This document shows, one piece after another, positions 57,114 to 64,000 of a stretch of 64,000 nucleotides of DNA. The notes under the pieces were generated by a model. It saw only the letters and a list, made by a program, of their open reading frames with translations, did not search any database and was not told the origin of the DNA. Each line of letters begins with the position of its first letter. Position 1 is the first letter of the stretch. Source of the DNA: Amoebidium appalachense. Lineage: Eukaryota > Protista > Ichthyosporea. Where the stretch lies: the NCBI GenBank assembly GCA_963693365.1, contig CAVNZM010000001.1:4108907-4172906 (forward strand). Direction: 5' to 3'. A program made the translations under genes and the position numbers.

Positions 57114-57812
57114 AGTGTCACGTGTGTTCGTCGACCATCAGCAAAGTTGACATACATCCTCCACCTCCCCCCCCTCCCCCCCCCCTCCCCCCCCTCCCCC
57201 CTCCCCCCCCCCCCCCCCCCCCCCGGGAGCTAGCTCCTTGAAGTCCCGGAACTTTTTTCTGGAATCGCATGGAAGATGTGCATATCATTATATAAAGTGG
57301 GGTGGAGGAGGAGGGGGGGAGGGAGGGAGGGGAGGTAGGTGGGGGTTCAAGTTCTGGGGCCCGGCAAGGGGAGGGGCGGGGAGGAGGGTGGCAACTGGGC
57401 GCCGGTGTGGAAATAAGGCACAGTGACTGTGCACTACTGCTCATTCTTAGCATGCCGTTTACACTGGTCAGAGCGTAGGCCCGCCAATGCGGATTCATGC
57501 ACAGGTCTGAATCCGCAAAGACTCATCTGTGTGTCTAGTAGGGCGGTGATCAAAGGCCGCACACAGTGAGTAGGCTCTTGCCTTGTTTTAGGTTTCTGGT
57601 CACACATTATTGATGATTATTTGTGGAAATTTTTGCTTCTTCGTTAGAGCGTGTTGTTTTTGAACATTCGAAATTGATGAGGCGCTGGCCCACGACTTGC
57701 CTTATGTTATTGGTGGCTTGAGTGTATTCTTGGTTTGTAAGCCACGTGGCAAGCAGCTGTTTGGCACTGCACACACACACACACACGCACACACATGCAC
57801 GCGCGCACGCAC

Positions 57813-57848
<36 letters not shown>

Positions 57849-57990
57849 GAAATCTTTTTTTTTTTGGAAAATTTTTAGTACTAATATAAAGCCTTACTAA
57901 CTATACTTAAAGCCGATATCGTCTTAATTGCGAATGACACCAATTTGACTTGTTTTTATGACTATGCATAATCTACAGTCATCGACCCAG

Positions 57991-58235
57991 AGGGCCCAAC
58001 CACATCGGCAGATCTATGAACTTTCAAAAAGCAGAATTATTCTGTAAGAGCGGAATTTTTTCTGCAAAAAGCAGAGTTACTCTGCAAAAAGCAGAATTAT
58101 TCTGCAAAAAGCAGAATCACTCTACTTTTAGGAGAATAACTGCAAATTTAAAACCAGAGTCCCTCTGCGTTAGCAGAATTATTCTGCAAAAAGCAGAATC
58201 ATTCTGCTTTCGACAGCAGAATAGTTCTGCTTTTA
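57991..58235. mobile_element. Foldback-like TIR element, truncated copy 4
   Basis: agggcccaaccacatcggcag left end plus the palindrome array, including aaaaagcagaatcattctgctttcgacagcagaata shared with copy 1. The right TIR is missing. Confidence 0.75.
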
Positions 58236-58739
58236 ACGATAGACAGACAAGCACCCTCACACACGCAGACACACACGCGCGCGCGCACGCTCTCCAATAC
58301 GCTCACAGACTCCCATAGGGTAATATGGTAATCTCTGTGTGGTGGCACATAAGGATAAGCGAGCGCACACGTGGCACACATTCTGAATCCCTGTTTTCCT
58401 CTCTAACTGCTTCCCCTTATTGTTCCTCCCCCTTTCCCCCCCCTCCCCCCCTCCCCCCCCCCCCCTCCCCCCCCCCCTCCCCCGCCCCCCACCACCATCA
58501 CACCACCACCACCACCGCGCCCTCTTTTTTGCTCTCTATCTATCCCCCTCCCCCCGCCCCCCTTCCCCCAGACCCCTCTCCCCCAGACCCCCCCTCCGCC
58601 CCTGGTTATCTGTCTGGCGCAACTTCATCCATGCAGCATGCGCCACCATACATGCTCATCAACAACAACAGAAATACATACACACATATTATGGCAATTC
58701 AAACACAAATGCCACGGAAGGCACATGCGCGCGTGCAAA

Positions 58740-59584
58740 TTTGTGCCAGAATTTGAGGAGGCTCTCAATCACTGACCACACACACACACAAAAACACGCA
58801 CACATATGCACACAAACACACAGACAGACAAACACGCACTGATATACACATGCACAGTGAAACCCACACGTGTACGCACACACCCTCTTCTCTGGCACAC
58901 ACGTGAAATGCCATGTAATTTTGCACATGTTGAGCACATTGTGTCCACGCAGCTCGCCCATGTGGCAAGACGTTTACTCACACACGTGTGCAGGCCACCA
59001 CAGTGATTAGCAGTGCCAAATGCCCACGTACCACCTTACGGACACATACACACACGGTCCCACGTCTACCCGGCACAAAATTTGCAGACGCACACTCCCA
59101 TTGACATGTTGTGCACGATAAATTCACCCTAATGAAAATTCGAAGCGCTGGTCAAAACCAAGGGAAGAAGACAGTACAAAATTAATGTTGGTGATGGCGG
59201 TGGATGGGGGGGGGGGGGGGGGGGGGGGGGGAGGGGGGGGGGTTGAAGAGTTGGGGAGGGGGGAGGAGGAGGCGAGCCTCCCAGAAATATTGAGAGGGTG
59301 CACAGCCGCGGCCGGCGCGGAGGGTCCTGTCGGACTCCCCCCGCGCGGAGGGGGGGGGGGGGGGGGGGGGGACTCACCACCCCTACCCGGAGAGGTTGGG
59401 GGGAAATCCACCACCCCGGTGGTGGGGGAGGAAACCCACCACCCCCTCGAGAAGGTGGGTCCCCTCCCCCCCTCCCCCCCCCCGGGGGGGGGGGGGGGAC
59501 CATTACCAGAGGGGACCTCAACTTACTCCTGCCCACCCCCCCATTTCAAATTCCAAAATGTCTTACTCCCGATATACCCCCCTC

Positions 59585-59623
<39 letters not shown>

Positions 59624-59879
59624 TTCCCCTCCCCCAGCTCCCACTGCCCCCGCACGCAGCTGCTCTTTTGCTTTTTATCTCCCCCCCCCCCCCCCCCAAA
59701 TCTCTCTAGGGCAAACAATACACTTGCAAATGTAACACACACAATACACACCACTGGCGGAAGGCACAATGTCATGCACGACACTGCCAGGGTACTTAAG
59801 AAGACTTTCAAACACTGACACACGTACACACGTACACACGAAACACACGCAAACACATACACACAGACACACAGACACA

Positions 59880-59914
<35 letters not shown>

Positions 59915-60212
59915 CGCACTCTTCTCTGGCACACACATGCAATGCATTGGAAATCGAGGACATTCTTACTAACACACAACTTGCACATTTGGCACGAAGT
60001 TTTTATTGCGGAACACACACCACTAGTACTATAAAACGATCGTTACTATAAAACGATCGTTAGTAGCAATGCCGACTGATGTATTGCACGCACAATAAGT
60101 AAACCGTTACCCACCCAACTGACACATACACATGATAGTTCTGCATTCAAAATTCGAAGCGCTGGTCAGAACGAAGGGAAGAAGTAACTGTTCACACGGA
60201 CGGTGGTGATGC
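58740..60212. repeat. Diverged ~1-kb-period direct duplication
   Basis: Shared blocks ctcttctctggcacacac (58885 vs 59920) and aaaattcgaagcgctggtca.aac.aagggaagaag (59135 vs 60149), with similar sequence in between. Confidence 0.7.
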
Positions 60213-60246
60213 TCACTGACAGGGAACGCTTAGCCCCGGGTGGGAA

Positions 60247-60295
<49 letters not shown>

Positions 60296-60879
60296 AACCC
60301 CGGCAACCAACAGAAGTGTTATGTCATCCCCCCCCCCCCCCCCCCCCCCCCCCCCGCCTCTTCCCTTTAGGGGGGTTGGAAGAAGGGACCACCAGGGGGG
60401 CCGGGGCCTCAAAAATATAACTAGCCCCTCAACTTCAAATTCAAAAAAGCCTACATCCAATCTTTCTGTGTGCACATTCCCATGTGCACATTCCTATGTT
60501 TATGGTCTGCGTGCACGTCTTTCCCGGCCTTAAATCTCAGTGTGACCCCCCTCCCCCCACCCCGGGGCCCCCACCTTTTCACTTTCTTCTCCCATCCACG
60601 GGACCCGGCGGGCCCCTTTACCCTCAGCTGCCATGGGCAGCCTTCAATATCCCTGACCCACATTTTCCTCCGTCAAATCCACAGACTCCCAGCTCCCTAG
60701 GATTCACGAACCCATTGTGTCTTCTACCATGCCGAGCAGCACCAACACACTGCTCTTCTTTCTTTCTTTTCCACCATGCAGAGCAGCACGAACACACTGC
60801 TTCGTCTTATTGTATTGTTTCTAACTTTCCGAACATTTTTTCTTGCTTATACCCTTTTATTTTCCCCCGGGTCACTCCT

Positions 60880-61106
60880 GGCTAGGTATTGGTTGAAGTG
60901 AGTTTGCTCAATCCCCACTAGCGTGACTGCGGCAACCCCGTGGGCTAAGAATTGCCAGAATATGTAGTGACAGTCGGGATTATGTATCCTGAATTATAGT
61001 TGCACTATGTAGAGAGCACATTCGTGTTTCTACTGTGGAATACGTTAGCTCCCCTTAGGCAGGGCCTCCGGGAGTGAAACGGGATAAAATAAATAAAATA
61101 AAAAAT
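60880..61106 (+). mobile_element. Probable 3' end of a non-LTR/SINE element related to 32390-33610
   Basis: tgtggaatacgttagctcccc...ggcctccgggagtgaaacgggataaaataaataaaataaaaaa resembles the minus-strand 3' end at 32557-32680 (tgtggtagacggtagtttccc...ggccctccgggaacaaaacgtgataaaaataaataaaaaa). Confidence 0.5.
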
Positions 61107-61518
61107 GTCACTATTAAGTGCACATATATATTTATACTCGTCTCTATAAAAAAACTCATCTAAATACATATACTTCCTAATAGTCGACACACTCAAAGTG
61201 AAGACACATCACGATAAAAACGAATTCCAAACATATCTAATGTGTCCAATCATAACACGTATTTTAATAGACAGGAATGCACATCACGATCTATAGATGT
61301 ACTCACTCGCGTCTATTGGTGAGTCATCCTACTTTGAACTAAAACAAAGACAACGAATATAGCTAGCCAATCACACTACTCTCAGAAAAACAGAGGAGAG
61401 CAAACACAGATAAAATGCAATAAGTCCTATCAGGCAAGGGAGCCAGGTGTGTACAGATCTACAGATATCCGTGCACACAGAAACAAGGGAGAGAGGGATA
61501 CGGGGGGGGGGGGGGGGG

Positions 61519-61564
<46 letters not shown>

Positions 61565-62320
61565 AGCAAAATGGAAAAAAGGGGGAGAGCACAAAGAAGA
61601 AGAGCAGACACGAATACAAACAAGGCTAAGACACACACACATATTTCAAGACTCTTGCTGTACTACGTAGTGACGTATTCCAACACGCATACACACAAAC
61701 ACACGGACGGTGTCACACACACAATACACACCCACGTGACACAGCACACACTGTTTCTCCCCTTCCCAAAACAAACAACCAACATATATCTGATTCAGGC
61801 TCTCTTTCTAGAAAGGAGGAGCAAAGAGGTATTGTGGGAGGAATGGGGAGGGGGAGAGGAAAGGGGGGGGGGGGGGGGGGGGGGGGGATTTCATCATTGG
61901 AAATCAAACTTCACACACATGCTGGAAGTGGCTCGAGTATCGCCCACCACACTCGGTGCATTGTGATTGGCCAACAAATTTGGCAGTCTGATTTCCACTT
62001 TTGGCCATTTTTACCCCCTGTTTCTTAACGTTCCCTTCAGTTAACCTTCCACATTTGTTCCTCTGGGCTGAAGGATTTGATGAGGCAGGACGGGAACAGG
62101 AGGACGCTTGGTCCCTGAGTCGTTAAGGACGACAGTTAGAAATCGCATGTTGGTAGTACTGCAATTTATGGGAGCTACAATCTTGAGCCATGAAAGAATC
62201 ATGTTTGTCGAGTGTTAATCAAAACGATATACAACTGATGGTCGGTCTATGTGTGTCCTCGTGTGTGTTCGTGCTTGCGGGCCTGTGTGCGCGTGTGCGC
62301 GTGCCAGCGTGTGCGTGGAT

Positions 62321-62784
62321 GTTGAGTGCAGGGAGGGGGGGAAGGGGGAAGGGGGGGGGGGGGGGGGGGTATTCATGCAACCTGCTGATTGGGCATGTGT
62401 GAATAATACAGCTCCTTGACGTGGTATGCAATGTTTACCACGCACACCAAACACTGACGCGTGCGCATCGCGCGTGCACGCCGCGCGTGTGTGTGTGTGT
62501 GCTCGTGGTTGTTCGTGTTTGCGTACCTGTGTGCGCACCTGCTCATGCGAGTGTGCACGTGCGCGCGTACATGTGTGGGTGTGGGTGTGGGTGGGTGTTT
62601 CCATGTGTGTGCGTGTGTGTAAGTTGTCGGTGTTGAGTCCAGGGAGGGGGGGGGGGGGGGGGGGGGGGGATTCATGCAACCTATTGATACATGTGTGAAT
62701 TAAATTTACAGTTCTTGACGTGGTATGCAGAAGTTATCGCATCACGCACACTAACCACTGACGCGTGTGCATGTGTGTGTGTGT

Positions 62785-62819
<35 letters not shown>

Positions 62820-62910
62820 CTCGCTCTCTCTCTCTCTGTGTGTGTGTGTGCGTGTGTGCGTGTGTGCGTGCGTGCCTAAGTGGTGGTGTTGAGTGCCGGG
62901 AGGGGGACGG
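62321..62910. repeat. ~300-bp-period tandem repeat with G-tract and CA-tract modules
   Basis: gttgagt..(a/g)gggagggg at 62321, 62632 and 62888. attcatgcaacct...catgtgtgaat...cttgacgtggtatgca occurs twice. Confidence 0.7.
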
Positions 62911-64000
62911 GGGGGGGGGGGGGGGGGGGGGGGGTGATGTATGTGTTAGAGGGTTGAAAATATGGAGGAGACAACAAAGAGCAATAACAAAACGTCACAA
63001 AAGTGGGAGATCCAAAATTAAGCAATTTAAGCGTGCAGGCAGAAGACACTTGAACAGAGCCCATCATCAGGGGGGTTCCTATGCCTCCACAAAACATGGG
63101 TTTCGACTCCATAACCTCTCGCGCGTGGTTCCCAACCCATACTTTGTTTCAACAGCAATAGGCGAGTCCACCTGTCTTGGCCAAAGACGAGCAGGGTTGT
63201 TCAAGGAGCAGCAATCTAAGAAGTAGAGGATAAGACCGGCTTCTACAAAGCTCCCCGACTCCCTAACCTATGGAGAAGGGGAGGGAGGGAACGTGGGTGG
63301 GGGGGGGGGAGGGGGGGGAGCAGAGGGAGAGAGGGGGGGGGGGGGGGGGGACATGGAGACAGAGAGAAATAGAGGGGGAACTTAACCTGGCCACTATTGT
63401 TTTATTAGAGGGTTACCCCACGTAATAAACCAATAGGTTTGACCCATGCCACTGGGGGGCGGTGCACCTGACCGGGTGGAACTTTAACGTGTTCGAACGA
63501 GTGCGTAAGTCCCTGGCGGCCAGCCAGCATTCACATCGTGCCCATGGGCTTTAGGAAGCCAAAACGGTAGCCAAGTTGTATCATTGCATGTGACACGCCA
63601 TATGTCGAGACTCATTGTGCATGGAGTGTAGTCGATATACATGTGTGTGTGTATATGATATTGATATTGTGTGTATGAGTAAGATTACATTGGTATGCGA
63701 ATTCTTCGAATGAGGGATTTGAGAATGAATGAATAATGAATGCCGAGATACGTCGATGGATTGTTTCTAATATATATGGTCTTATGAATAAGTTTTTTTT
63801 AGATATATCCCTTAGCTAATAGTCTAGATATTAGGGTAGCTGCGTGAATGGAGAAGGAGCATTTACGGTGATGGCTGGGTCATTCAACCTGCTGATCGCA
63901 CATGTGAGCATTATCTTACAGTCCTAGATGCGGCATGCAATGCTTATCATGCAAACCAAACACACACATACTCGCAAATTCCTTTTCCGTTGTTCGTACA

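Noticed and set aside
62960-63580. Possible terminal exons of a minus-strand gene entering from the right edge
   Set aside because: Open stretches exist, but there is no recognisable homology or convincing splice chain within the window.

Overview
Eukaryotic nuclear DNA saturated with poly-G/C homopolymers and (CA)n, (CT)n and (GTT)n microsatellites. Most entries in the supplied ORF track are translations of these repeats. Splicing by hand with GT-AG boundaries and phase checks gives: (1) an intact multi-exon PHAF1/C16orf70 (UPF0183) gene on the minus strand, about 635-12184; (2) a disabled F-box/LRR gene on the minus strand, about 15228-20867; (3) three paralogous two-exon genes for a 133-aa secreted protein with two peritrophin-A/CBM14-like domains that each keep only 4 of the 6 canonical cysteines (27046-27803 +, 42520-43571 -, 45007-46211 +); (4) a full-length, very young Ty1/copia LTR retrotransposon at 35428-41304, with 765-bp LTRs, a GGGAT TSD, a half-tRNAiMet-type PBS, gag starting inside the LTR, one CCHC plus two CHHC knuckles, and pol in the +1 frame; (5) an intact 7-exon TMEM53/DUF829 gene on the minus strand, 47955-55851. 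Small elements include four foldback-like TIR elements built from palindromic GCAGAATNATTCTGC units, a TA-flanked Tc1/mariner-type MITE, a 32-bp TIR-only element with an 8-bp TSD, non-LTR 3' fragments, a ~95-nt intronic cassette family and a 68-nt triple-hairpin cassette present in two inverted copies. Introns across the window show a strand-polarised pattern: poly-C just after many donors and (CA)n just before many acceptors. All homology calls come from motif recognition; no database searches were run.
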